A stretch of DNA of 64,000 bases, taken from Schizochytrium sp. TIO01. Lineage: Eukaryota; Protista; Bigyra: Labyrinthulomycetes. How positions within the stretch are numbered: position 1 is the stretch's first letter; each line of letters begins with the position of its first letter. The notes beneath the pieces were generated by a model that ran no database searches, was not told the origin of the DNA, and saw only the letters and a list, made by a program, of their open reading frames with translations. Positions 24,801 through 35,918 of the stretch are shown here, one piece after another. The position numbers and the translations under genes are program-made. The DNA lies in assembly GCA_004764695.1 (NCBI GenBank), contig SMSO01000032.1, positions 7,038,483 through 7,102,482 on the forward strand. Reading direction: 5' to 3'.

Positions 24801-26411
24801 GAAGACCGTCTTTCAGAGCTTTCTCAGCAATTTAAGCATATCAAATCTGCAAAGACTTTTCAAGACTACGCTAAACTTGATTCTGAACTTTTCCAGGGCT
24901 TACGAGACAATATACAAAAAGAAATCGACGAGGCTCAGCAAGCTTTAAACATAACAATGAGCCAAGCGCTGGAGGTTTTAGAACAACATAACTTGACGTA
25001 TAACTTTGATCAATCACCAGCATGCAGCCAAACACAATTCGCTTGGGCACAGTTCACGATGCCTGATTTTGTGTCGCTTGTTCAACATATTGTTACGGAG
25101 TTCTCCGCATCTGTGGAGTCACTGCAACAAGAAATACTTGATCTCAAAGGGAATAAAGAGGGCCTTCAACAACAGCTTAGCAATATGACAAACGAAGTTG
25201 TTTCATCTAAAGAAGATTCAGCTCGAAAGGCCATTGAGCTTCAAGAAGCTAAAGCAAATAGTGAAAGCCAGTCCCTCCGTCTTGAGAGCGCTCAAGAACG
25301 CATCAACCTTTTAAAGCAAGATTACGAGGAGTTGCGTCGCACGCACTCTGATAAGGAAGCAGAAGCTATAACACTACGAAATCAAATCGACAGCCTTGAA
25401 GAAGAGAAGCAAAAAGCATGGAATGAAAGGAGAATCACCGAGCAAACTTGCGTACGACTTGAAGCTGAGAAATTGCAAGCCTGGGAGGCCTGCAAATCGG
25501 CTGAGAAAGCATGTTTGCAAGCAGAAAGTCTTGTTCAGGAGGCGGAGAGATCACGTGATCTTGCTGAGAAAGAAGCACAACAAATGGAGTCAAATTTTCA
25601 ACGCAGGCTTGAAACCCTAGAGGCAGCCAAAGTTCAAGTGGAACAAACACTGGACTCTCGTTCTACAGAACTGGCTATGTTGGGAGATAAATATGAACAG
25701 ACATGCTTGCGCCTTGATGAAGAACACATTCAACTAACTGATGCTTTAGAGGCTTTAACATCTTTGGAAACAAAGATGGAATCTGCACAACAAGAATTAG
25801 AAGATGCCTTAGCTCTCCAGAAGAACCAATCTGATATCAATGAAGCATTACAATATGAACTACATCATACCAAAACTCAGTTTGATCAGAATCAAGCACA
25901 GTACCAGGACCTTCATGAACAACACCGAGCTGGTCAAAATCGAATAATGCAACTACAAGACAGAGTCGCTGAATTACAGAACGAAGTGCTGCTTCAACAA
26001 ATGAATCGAAATGTTGAGCTTGAGAACATACTAACATCAAGCAAAAGAACAACTTTAAGTCAGAGACGAGCCGCATCTAATAGATCCTCTCGAATACCCA
26101 CGGGGCCTGCGTCTCCACTTTCCCCATCGTCATCAACAAGTTCATTGGGCCGTGAGACCTTCTTGTCCGCCACTGAAAAAGGGAAGATTAATGTGAAGGC
26201 AAAGGGAAATGTCTTACAATTTGATATATCTGGTCTCGATGGGCCAAGCATCTCGGTTGAGTCAGCTCGTGGTGTTCGCACCACGCGAAATCGTTCGACA
26301 AAGAAGAGTATGTTGGCACCCCGAGTGACAAGGACAGCAACCTTTTATGACAGCGATACCACCAGGCTTCGAGCCAGAAGAAGTGGGGATTCATCTAAGC
26401 CTTTTCGCTAA
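21822..26411 (+). CDS. Long coiled-coil protein with three GAF-like domains
   Basis: 1529-aa ORF with ATG just after an in-frame stop; extensive E/Q/K/L heptads; GAF-like motifs SLFLVD...ILLYPV...VLGMLQV, SLLCIPL...FTDLQAKLL, RDPRRN...GVAI...ITGALM...EISLLQRFA. Confidence 0.9.
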   Translation: MLGSQRLQDVRRKHAQTLSQQHATLQATASPVKIKLAADTAATPATKNVDLTSFEAQLQNLAHKLEQAYEQHEQKQEQAHRQVVSKETLWAKACQLFHFGRTRSCEELMQTAYMGAPALLGSQYQVSLFLVDHNTQQAWTSAPRVIRMSTKSGSVCRLLQTTMPVSKDSILLYPVLAASSATVLGMLQVTLTEDFSEVQSSHEKQSLVKLFSSDMVEVLDVLAKVILLVIPSALHLQAIQESERKAQDEALALSAELAEVKLSDSQNRTALKSSELALRKAKSKLKEHSEVLADAQHTIESFQEEVDSQAETIRRNACILKAASALRATQSQDIQSVLLALENAYSAIVSLPIKVLLHFFDASSGTTWQEAHDGTWPTLEQSAPSHIASVSNSTLFASNDGKHPSFEFFPECSLLCIPLSPQSARYTLEISTKGTTECHFTDLQAKLLVFFTQACVEPFLDDRAQLLSLYKQISTVQAELDLATKLETESTEQVGSLKDELESANQFLRESNDSLDKSRSDFIDVSAKLNATQEELEQHRAEFIKKEQELHKTCKDLRDKLSAAENEHNMLQAKNTEYEQQIASMEMSLSCERKAIRIAQSKIDVLDAALIKAQHDIEQGRSTINKLQAERSILAAETEQNERTLAKHTSDQQRMKEKLIQLRQDNENLCKAFRLAQTLAEERTLFAHNFHQYSPAEIYKILNLIDSILGTNLMNCESKHAGRVVESKEEYRELHKICVDLQNFTKEQELPIAEKLVYRSFVKPYLSSMLENLDGSVDDCKETKEWKQNHQQSSSSWHNMHGSQEDDISLALETDDEENEEQSVNFLLESTHTIVSQCNSFESLSKALEIAILSSFPCIRQVWLCVCETNGQARMYRGALSCIVRSDEGLEASILQGHNDHIYFKGMPVNQRDPRRNRTAEKLLQLEFLETLGVAIRHPESGCITGALMCGLNTQSLCAKEISLLQRFAANILGPLVNLLHHHRSAETKARAIEDRLSELSQQFKHIKSAKTFQDYAKLDSELFQGLRDNIQKEIDEAQQALNITMSQALEVLEQHNLTYNFDQSPACSQTQFAWAQFTMPDFVSLVQHIVTEFSASVESLQQEILDLKGNKEGLQQQLSNMTNEVVSSKEDSARKAIELQEAKANSESQSLRLESAQERINLLKQDYEELRRTHSDKEAEAITLRNQIDSLEEEKQKAWNERRITEQTCVRLEAEKLQAWEACKSAEKACLQAESLVQEAERSRDLAEKEAQQMESNFQRRLETLEAAKVQVEQTLDSRSTELAMLGDKYEQTCLRLDEEHIQLTDALEALTSLETKMESAQQELEDALALQKNQSDINEALQYELHHTKTQFDQNQAQYQDLHEQHRAGQNRIMQLQDRVAELQNEVLLQQMNRNVELENILTSSKRTTLSQRRAASNRSSRIPTGPASPLSPSSSTSSLGRETFLSATEKGKINVKAKGNVLQFDISGLDGPSISVESARGVRTTRNRSTKKSMLAPRVTRTATFYDSDTTRLRARRSGDSSKPFR

Positions 26412-26864
26412 TGCGATACACGCTAAAACCTATACACATAATATATATATTGACTTTGCAGAGTACCTTGATTTGTTACATGAATTATATCAAACGCCGA
26501 GGACAAATTTATTGCTAAAATTCCATAAGCTTTGATAAACAGAATCAGCCTTTAAAGTTCGTACTATCGTCTTCTTCGGATGTATAGATATCTATATTTT
26601 TATTTTTTGTTTGGGGGGGGGAGGGGGGAGGACTTGAGGGAATTACAGGAAGCTAAGACCTTGATCGACGAAGTTATATGCAAAAATCACCTTGCCTTGA
26701 ACAAGTAGGTATAAATCTACACTTTGGGGGATCGCGCAAGATGTAGCATAGCAGATTGTACTTGAGATTCAGAGTTAGCGTTAGCTTCAAACCTGAAAGC
26801 TTATAATAAATGTGTATGTGTTTACGTTGGCGTGTGCCCCCTTTATCCACTCTAAGTCGGTGCT

Positions 26865-29800
26865 CTACTTGTGGTGATTCGCATGCATGAGGCCACTCAT
26901 GGAGCGTTGTACGGGAGGAGGTGGTCTGCCAAAAAGCTCACCAACACGACGAACACGGATTTTCCGGTGACGGTTGTCAGTGACCAGCTTTTCGCGTTTC
27001 TTGAAGATTGTGTAGTGATCCAACAGATCCTGAGCTCTTTCTTTGAAATCGATCCTTTCACACAAAGGACATCGCTCATGTGGTTTACAACCCGGAGACA
27101 GCATCTCTGTGAGTTCTGAAAGTCTCAAGCTCATTAAACGCTCGTCATCAGCTGTATTTAACCACGTGCTGCGCATCACGCGATTAAAACTCATTGAGTG
27201 GTACTTAAAAAGGTTCTGTGTATCGATCAGGAGTTGTTCAATTCGTTTCCTTGCATTTGATAATTCTCTCTCTCGACTCAGAACAGCTCGATATTGTTCA
27301 TACCTTGCAGATGCCTTCTTGCGGTCCTCGAAAAACAGCTTTGTTAGGGTGTTCTCGGCGTCATTTTTATCTTTTGCAGCGTCACCTGCAGGTTTTTGTT
27401 GAGAGCATCCATGATTGAAACATGCCATAATGCGGTCCCATATACTATAAGTAATTTGGGAGTCCTTATCTCCTTTAATAACATCGAACTCGCGGCGCCA
27501 GCGACGAATTACAACAGATTCATTTTCTGCAATTTGGATAATTTTCTCCAGACGTTTCGTTGTTTGTATCACAGATACACGCCAAAAAAATCGCCGCCAT
27601 ATTTCTTGAAAAAGAACTTTGTGTGGATTTCCCAATCGCCTTAGTTCAGCCAGACGGGCTTCTTCAGGCATGGCAATAACTATAGCAAGGTCTTGATGCA
27701 CCTTATCAAGGTCAACAATAGTAGCTCGTGTACGAAACAGATTCCTAAAGTAGTGTGGATCATCCTCAAAACGATTGTGGCGGCGTGAACGCCCAAACAT
27801 GGTTTGAGAGATTGTAAGCAAATTTCTACGTGCAGTTGACGATAGTTTTCTAGATGATTTCCACGATTTATTAACAGAGGTTTTTCGTGATAGTTTGGGA
27901 GTGCCTACACCAGAAGATCCGGCCCCTTGAGCAGATTGGTCCTGAAGTGATTTTGTTGTCTCACTTTCATTAGAACCAGATGTGCCTCTTTTTGTTGCCA
28001 TGCGTGCAGATTCATTGGACGGATGAGATGCGCCTTCCTCAGAATTTGAGTCAGTACCTTTTCCTTTGCTGGATTCCAAGAACAATTGCTGTTTTGCAAT
28101 CCAGATGCGCATATGAAGAGACATGTGCCAAAGTGCATGCTGAACGTATTCTGGCCAACTGATAATGATTGATCTGGTGTTTGTTCCATGATGCAAGTTG
28201 GACCAGGTTTCAAAATTCGATTGCCATTGAGTATACCGTTCATAAGTGAGCACAATAATAGCTACAAAGAGGTTGAGCATCACACCCCACATAAAGATCA
28301 TATAAATGGAGTAGAACAAAGGTGCTGCGGTAAAGGACACCTCACGCATTGCATTGAAATCAATATCACCGGAAAACATAAGCACCATGAGAGTACCAAA
28401 TGTGCGATCAATTCGATCGAAGTCAAAAAAACCAAGCGAGCCAAAAGTAAGGTGTGAACCAAGTGAGAAACCCGCCCAGAACACCAGCACAACAATTCCC
28501 AACACCACAACGTCTTTAACAGCTCCTCCGAGAGTAGCCCATATTGTTCTCGTGGTTTTGAAGGGGAGATAACTCAAAAGACGAACCGTGGCTAACATAA
28601 GGTTGATCGAACACAATGCATCTACAGAGTGCATACGCTCTGCGCTCTCAAAAATGCCAGGTGTAAAACTTTCGCTTGCAATCGTTTCTTCAAATTGGGA
28701 TTCACGAATAACTTTGGATGTTTGCGTGATGATAATTATGGTGATGATTGAACACCAAAATAGTGTCAGTAAAATAGTGTCAAAAACAATCTTCCACTTG
28801 ATCAGGCTGCGCCATTGCCTACATGTGATTAAGCGACGAAGCCATTTGTAGGTAAATGCAATGAGGAGAGCCAGGAAGACCGCGATAAGGACATAGTAGC
28901 CTGGCGGCAAGTTGTGCCACATTAATGCATTGATGTGATAAAATCGGTAGGAGGGGCGAATGTTGCCAGTTTGGGAGTACTCTGTGAAAAGTCGGATACC
29001 TGTAATAACATTGGTACTCGGATTGTACACATTAAACTCCACCGAGACAATTCGCGTTGATATATCAATCCAATGGTTCAAATACATTATTGCAAGAGCA
29101 TCGGTGGACCTGTTGTTATCATTATCGATTGGAAAGTCTGCCATGAAACCGCCTCGTCCATATTTGTTGCGATCTAGGTACATTTGTCCAAGCAGAGTGC
29201 CCTCCAAGGTACTTCCACTATCCACAGTGTATTCAAATGCCCCTTGGGCAAGGGCCTCTGGTGCGTTACTAGGATCAATTTCCACATTAGCAAGACCATA
29301 TGCTTCAGTGCTGATGACGGGCTGTTCAAAAACAGAATCTGGGTCTTCCGCGTCGATCATTGGCCAAGGTCCATAGCACTCGTCAAGACCAACGCTACCC
29401 ATCTGATGAGTTTGAAAAAATCCGCGGTGGCAAGAGAATTGGGACACGCGCGAAGTCCGAAAAAGGATGCCTCCTTGGGACCCACCAAGAATGTAATTCT
29501 GTGCATCCTCCATTGGCATTCCTCGCGGAGGCAGGCTCGCATTTTCATAGTTAAACCAAAGTCCCTCGGAGAGTGGTCCAAGCGCCCACTGCCACCACTC
29601 GGCCGAGGTCTTCAGGTCTCGATATGTTTTTCGGAAGAAGGGCGCTCCATCTAAGCCCTCAAGATCAATTTCAACAAACTCCTCTTCGACGAAAAAGTCA
29701 ATCAGCGCTTCAGTAGTCTCTCCAGCCAGACTGGTCATGCGCATTTCCACGAACACGAAGGCAAATGTGACCATAAAAATAAAGAAAATAATACCCTCTA

Positions 29801-30578
29801 CGCATTTCATTTGGACCTTTAGTTGCCTCGTTGCCTTGTACAGCTCAAATAGAGGAATTCCATGCTCTAGCTGGATCTGAGTTGATCCCCCCTCTCCTTG
29901 TTGCCCTTGCTCTTGTTGCTGTTTCAATTCTTCATTTTGTGCGATCGCGAGCCGTGCCACAGACTCAATTGTACCTCCAGTTGCGTGTCGTAGGAACCTC
30001 GACGGCGAGGACTGTGCTGATATCGTTGACCTTGACTCTTGCACATCTCCAGCCGCTTCGTCCTCCAACCCTACAGTTTGGCGGCTACCCCGAGTCCACC
30101 CCCTGCTTAGTCCAGAATCATCTCGCGCATACTGGTTGCTATGCATGAAGTGTTCATTGTCATCAAAGTCATCGACGTCGTTATAGCTATTGCCTTCGTT
30201 GCCGTTTTTAGGCTGATAATTGCCGTCGCGCACCATCTCCACTCCGTTGCCAGTGGGAGAAAAATCCTCGTCGATTAGCGAGTTGCGAGGTGAGTCTGAT
30301 TCACTGATATCAGGAAGCCCAGAGCCGCGCCAAATCCAGTTGGAGCGGCTGGAGCCCAATGAAGGTGCTGGCGCTGGTGGAGGACTAGGTACCTGCGGAG
30401 GTGTCGCAGGCTCGATCCTAGCCATATGTTCGTCCATGGAATCTGAGGAAGTGAGCGAAGCCATCGGTGTGAGTCCTAATCGTGACCCTGCCTCCAATTC
30501 CAGCGCTTCAAAAGATTGTGTCGCAGCCATATTGTCTTGGGACGAAGCTTCCACGGTCGATGAGGACTCGGCCCTCAT
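26865..30578 (-). CDS. Polycystin-2 (PKD2/TRPP)-like cation channel
   Basis: 1237-aa ORF in gccATG context; S1 followed by a large TOP-like loop (EWWQWALGPL..GL, NYILG..LFR..RV, YGRGGF, WID..TR.V.VEFNVYNP.TN), five more TM helices, pore/S6 GDIDF...APLFY..Y.......LNLFVAII..TY. Confidence 0.92.
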   Translation of the reverse strand: MRAESSSTVEASSQDNMAATQSFEALELEAGSRLGLTPMASLTSSDSMDEHMARIEPATPPQVPSPPPAPAPSLGSSRSNWIWRGSGLPDISESDSPRNSLIDEDFSPTGNGVEMVRDGNYQPKNGNEGNSYNDVDDFDDNEHFMHSNQYARDDSGLSRGWTRGSRQTVGLEDEAAGDVQESRSTISAQSSPSRFLRHATGGTIESVARLAIAQNEELKQQQEQGQQGEGGSTQIQLEHGIPLFELYKATRQLKVQMKCVEGIIFFIFMVTFAFVFVEMRMTSLAGETTEALIDFFVEEEFVEIDLEGLDGAPFFRKTYRDLKTSAEWWQWALGPLSEGLWFNYENASLPPRGMPMEDAQNYILGGSQGGILFRTSRVSQFSCHRGFFQTHQMGSVGLDECYGPWPMIDAEDPDSVFEQPVISTEAYGLANVEIDPSNAPEALAQGAFEYTVDSGSTLEGTLLGQMYLDRNKYGRGGFMADFPIDNDNNRSTDALAIMYLNHWIDISTRIVSVEFNVYNPSTNVITGIRLFTEYSQTGNIRPSYRFYHINALMWHNLPPGYYVLIAVFLALLIAFTYKWLRRLITCRQWRSLIKWKIVFDTILLTLFWCSIITIIIITQTSKVIRESQFEETIASESFTPGIFESAERMHSVDALCSINLMLATVRLLSYLPFKTTRTIWATLGGAVKDVVVLGIVVLVFWAGFSLGSHLTFGSLGFFDFDRIDRTFGTLMVLMFSGDIDFNAMREVSFTAAPLFYSIYMIFMWGVMLNLFVAIIVLTYERYTQWQSNFETWSNLHHGTNTRSIIISWPEYVQHALWHMSLHMRIWIAKQQLFLESSKGKGTDSNSEEGASHPSNESARMATKRGTSGSNESETTKSLQDQSAQGAGSSGVGTPKLSRKTSVNKSWKSSRKLSSTARRNLLTISQTMFGRSRRHNRFEDDPHYFRNLFRTRATIVDLDKVHQDLAIVIAMPEEARLAELRRLGNPHKVLFQEIWRRFFWRVSVIQTTKRLEKIIQIAENESVVIRRWRREFDVIKGDKDSQITYSIWDRIMACFNHGCSQQKPAGDAAKDKNDAENTLTKLFFEDRKKASARYEQYRAVLSRERELSNARKRIEQLLIDTQNLFKYHSMSFNRVMRSTWLNTADDERLMSLRLSELTEMLSPGCKPHERCPLCERIDFKERAQDLLDHYTIFKKREKLVTDNRHRKIRVRRVGELFGRPPPPVQRSMSGLMHANHHK

Positions 30579-31405
30579 GGCGGAAACGATCTTCCCCTCA
30601 AGCTTGCCAGTCCTCCTTCAGCTGCACCTGAAGTTCCCCTCTGCAGCACAAGAACCAAGCTTACGCCCTTATTACCAGCCGCAGCCGCAGCCGCTGCAGC
30701 AAGATGACCTCTCGCAAGGCTCTTCGCCTGCGATTTTATTTCGCTTTTGATTGTGCCTGACTACAATTCTCTCTCCATTCCATTCTGATCCGACATTTTT
30801 TATTTCTTTTCCCCAGACATCATCACTTTGTTTGTTTTTATTTCCTTCAACTTACTCATCACCTGAGTTCCTTTCTCTGTGGTGCTGCCTGCACATAATA
30901 ACTTCAGAACCTAAAAAAGACTGCTGTCTCGTGAAACTTTCAGCGCCTTGAAGTCCCAAAACTTAAGGACTGGGGCGCTCAAATGAACTATAAGCATGAA
31001 CAAGTTCGCCTTCCTTGCCGTTGATACATCATTCGATGCAATCACTTTATACAAACATACCTACCGACCATAATACTAAGTACTGCTTTCTTACTCCTTT
31101 CATTCCATATTTTTTTTAATAAAATAAGAATTGAAGTATAAGTAAGATTACATAATAAGGTTTTCGGGTTTAAGGGAAAACTTTTAATTAATTATAATTT
31201 AATTAAAAAACGGTTTATGAGATTTAGGAGTGCTTTTATCAGGGAAGATATATTGGAGCTGTCCTACAAGATGATAAGCACTGGTAGACAGTTGATGGAA
31301 ACCTCGGAAAAGAAGGCCTTTGAAGGGAAAAAGTGGAAAGCCCTATATAGTAAAATATAGAAAATTACAAAGCGGAGGACCGCGTTGATCTTTTGGGGGG
31401 ACTAT

Positions 31406-31408
<3 letters not shown>

Positions 31409-31435
<27 letters not shown>
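31409..31435. repeat. Poly(T) tract, 27 nt
   Basis: Direct read; poly(A)20 also at 33603-33622. Confidence 0.9.
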
Positions 31436-31442
<7 letters not shown>

Positions 31443-34400
31443 AAGTAATAATGATTAAAAATGTTTTAATGGATAATAGTAATAAGTAAATAGAACCAAC
31501 CCCAAGCGACGGTGGTGAGGAAATCAAGCTTCCAAAGGGCGTAAGCGTTTTCAGAACTGGGGTGCTTGCTGTCACTAAGAGGGTGGCGCGCAGGTTCCCC
31601 TGAGCTGATGCGATCATAAACACAAGCGCGACTGCGTTTCTAACATACGGCTGACTCAGACTGTCTTTTTCTCTTCTCTTCCTTTTTCTCTTCCTTTCTT
31701 CGACTTATTTTCGATAAATATTATAACTAAAGTATTTCCTCGTTTATTTTTCATTTTCATGTTAAAAAAAGCCATTCAAAAACAAGGCCAATGAAGTGTA
31801 ATGAATGAAATGTTATTCTACGTACTACTAAGCTGTAGTTAGTTAGGCGCCTCAAATGTTCTGAAATGCAATGGAGTAAAGCTTCACGTTCCAAGACAAA
31901 GCTGCCTAGCTAGCTAGAAACTTGAAGATGCATGAAGATGACTGTGGCATAAAGGCACTTCATCAGCTGCACAACTTAGCGTGAGGTGGTGCGTCTTTAG
32001 CGAAGAATCTTGCGAATCAATCTTCAGAGAAACCCTTTTTTGCATTGCGCTCACTGGCACTTAGAACTTAAAGCACTAGGTGGTCGCAGATCGACGTGTG
32101 ATTAGTCCCACTGTTTCGGACTTGACGGGTCTCAACGAGTAAACGAGCGAGAGAAAGTTAGCTCGTGAGCTCTTGAAGAGCACCTCTGAGTTGCAGATTG
32201 GGTAAAGTTGCGGCCATTAGATGGTTTGGATGGTCACTAGACTCGGTCTGCTTCTGAGGAGCTTTCAGCGCGACCGGCCTTCAAGACTGTTTGTTCTTTT
32301 GGTACTGGCTGTGCGATGAACCTAAGCCGATTGGTGCTGAGGAGAATGAACGAAATGAACTAACTCGTGATGGGTCAATCCACACTCCTAGCTATGCGCA
32401 AGCTTGGAATACAAAAGTCCATATGCAGAATAGGCACTCACTCGGTGATCCTGATCCATCAATACCAATGCATGCATGTAGTAGCTACGAATGAATGAAT
32501 GCCTGGTTGAACGAAGAATGTCTACCAATGGTGTTAGGTTTCGGAGAATCACAGCTACCTCCAACAAGTTTCACTTCACAGAGTGGACTCTTCGAAAAGC
32601 CAATTTCTGGGGCCTCGTCGCCTACGCCAGGGCCATGATTTATAAACGAGTCTGTCATTATTATTTAGTCCATCCCAACAAACTTATAAATAAAGGATGC
32701 GGCATAGAAAGAAGTCCTCTCGATCCAATTGACACTTTTTTCTGATAATATTATGAATATCCCACTATCAGACTCTGAAGACTTGGAAACGTAGCTCACG
32801 AGTGTCAACACTCGTGTGACACACGCTCACATTCATGTCTCGAGTGCGGCTCTCGGCTTTATGTCTGCTACTTTACCATAGCAAAGTTGGCCAAACAAAG
32901 GTAAGCGCTCTCCAGAGTACCTACACAGTGGTAAGTATACACTACCACCCCCAAGTATCATGTACCTACGGTATGCGAAAAAGCGAGCACATTGCACGAG
33001 TAATAAATAATTAAATAATATACATACTTTACTCGACTCTCGACTCTAGAAATAAAAGCATTGATAGAGTTAGGTACCTACCTACTACATTACAGCTATC
33101 GATAACCTCTCAACTTCCAGCGCTGCTTGTGGGGGTCTCTTTCCCTTCGTATCTCTGGTCTATGTGAATTGAGATCGGCTATGCTCCAAATCGCGGGCGA
33201 TGTGCAGACTAAAAGGTAGATAGATAGCTAAATTGACGACCATTAGGATGGCAGCAGAGCCGAAGTTGAGAGCGAAGAGTCTCGCTCTGAGGGCCAGAGG
33301 TGCGGGAATGTATTGCCAAGCGAAAACTCAAGTTAAGCGAATCTGATGAAGATTTTTATGATACGAAGATATCGAGGTTTGTATTAAGAATGATTCCGCA
33401 TAGGTGTATAACTTGAACACTAAGATACTGAGAGAGAAGTTGCTCACGTTTGAAGTCGGGAAATGGGCAATGCAGGCTCTTTGAGATACCGATTGAACTA
33501 GAAAACCTCGAATGTCACAGCGAAAAAAGGTTTCTCGTGCTATGGCTTTGAAGAACTTGCGGTACTTACCTAGATACTCACCTGTTTGATTCTCTCTGGT
33601 ACAAAAAAAAAAAAAAAAAAAAGGAGCGCGACAGCGTGCAGAATATCACAGTTATACATGCATATAGAAGATCCACGAGCAGGAGCTAAACACGATAGGC
33701 TAGCTAAAGCGTGCGCGAGCAATAAGATAACACAGGTAGTAGTATAGGCAACCTAAGCGACTGACAGCGAACACCATCTCTTCTGTATTCATTGCAAGAA
33801 CCGTTCACTCCATAATTTTGACTTTTCTTATGAAGACAACGAAATGACATCAGCATCCACCATTACACGAGTTTCCTCAAATCCTGCGAAAAAATGTTCT
33901 GGCCTCGTTTTTGGTTTTGAGGTTCTTCGTACTTGATATAGGTCATAAGGAAAACTTCGAAGTACTAGCACCATTTGCAAAGCACTCCTGAGAATTTAAC
34001 CATAAGACTGTGATGCTTTATACAAGAATAACGCAATGACCGACAACCCAAGCCTCGCACGAGACGAAGGAACTGCATGTTGCTTATTCAAAATCGCTTG
34101 AGAAAACGGGCTGTAAAGTGAACAGCCTAGTTCATTAGTTGGACAGACAGTTATATTGACTCCAGAGGTTTCTGGAATCATTTGGCCTACAAAACATTCA
34201 GACTTGGTCACAACAACAAACGGAACCATGCTAAATATGAGTTTGGCAAAGCAATTGTGAAGCCAAGGTATACATGCTACTATGATTCTGATCTTGCTTG
34301 CAGAGAGTAAATAGCATTTGTGGTTTACTACTGTTCACGGCTGAAGGACCCGTCGCAAGGGCGATGACAAGTCTCGTGTGGAATAATCGAATGCTAAGAG

Positions 34401-35918
34401 GATATGAAATGTAGGTTGCTGGACTTCAAAAAGTCTGGCCTGTTTGCTTCAAGGACTTTGCCTCCAACCTCATACAGATCTTGAGTTTGAAGATGTATAA
34501 CGAGGATCTATAGGTCAGCAGAGAGCAAGCAACACGAAGAGCAGACACATTCGACAATGACATTTACGTCAGATTATGGAAGGGGCTCAAATGTAATGTC
34601 TCAAGTTAAATTAAACTCTCTCTTTTTATGTGGCCTTTATAATGCATTCTAAAGTAACTCCCTGAATAATTCTGTCTATGCGCTTCTAAATCATTGCTTT
34701 TTTATTCTTTTAGATTTGTGGGTTCTGTGCACTTGCATGAGTATGTTCACTTATTTCCTGTATTTTCTTCGCATTACTGGTATAATACTTTGCCAGGCCA
34801 TGCACGAACTCATTCCCTTTGTAGGGAAGCAAACATCTGGGAAGTCTCAAGTGACTTACAATATTTAGCAAAGGTGTTCTTGGAATATCTTAGCACAACA
34901 AGAAATCTAGGGAACTGATTCTAGACGTGGCATCATTTAATTTTAATTATATTTTTCGATGCATGGTGGTCAAGAGCCAGCAACCCTAACCTCACAATAG
35001 CCGACCGTGTGATGCAAAGACTCAAAGGCTGCTAATATCCTAGCACTGATTTATGGGGTTGTAATTTCTAACGTGAACTCAGCATATATTGAAGTATATG
35101 AATATATTGCAGGAGCTACGCAGGAAGGGATACTCACCTAGCGCCTCGCCTAGTAGATAGTAAATTCTGTATCAGGATTGTAAGTCGAGTTGTAGGTCCA
35201 CTTGAGTTACGATATAACATACAGGACTGGCTAATCCCCTTCCTGGCTGTCACGACCGAGCGACAGGTCAGTATTTACGGTGAGGATGACTATATCGTAT
35301 GCCTTGGTAATATAAGTGTTTGTGTAACGTGCTTTTGATCTTATTACGTTAGCCAAAGTTAATGTCTGGATATACAGTGTCTGGTTCTCTATTTATTGCC
35401 CGTATATGTTATGTAAGACCAGCAGCCTGTATTGTATTTATCAACAGCAGAATTCAGTTTATGAACCCTGTTTAGAGGCACAAGTTGAAATCAATTCTAA
35501 GTTTGGCCACTTTGGTAAGTTCTCCTTTGATGTTTTGGAGTCTTTTTGTGAGCTGTGACACCTTAGAGGGTTTTAATTGTGACGAGCGCCCCGCAGGCTA
35601 AGTTCCTTTTAAAAAGCTATTGGTTGGTTCTTTGTGACTTTTAAAAGCACCAATTGGGGTGATTATCGGACAAGAAAGGTGAAGGAGTAGTTAGCGTTGA
35701 TAGTTGCGAGCCACTCTAAACCTTTAAGAAGCAGAAAATGCATGGTGCTAAGAATAGATATTCAAAGAGCAGTTGAAGCCAGGGGTACAAATACTCTGGC
35801 TCGCAGATGCTTCAATGGATACCAAGAAGAAGAAACTATAGTGATGACTGAGAAGAACAATTTTTTTACGACAAAATTCAATTAAATACAGATCATGTGA
35901 GCTAGTACACCTTGTAAT

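Noticed and set aside
30220-30750. 176-aa plus-strand ORF
   Set aside because: Antisense to the low-complexity N-terminus of the PKD2-like gene; non-ATG start
33603-33622. Poly(A) as a retroelement tail
   Set aside because: No target-site duplication or upstream reverse transcriptase/SINE features seen
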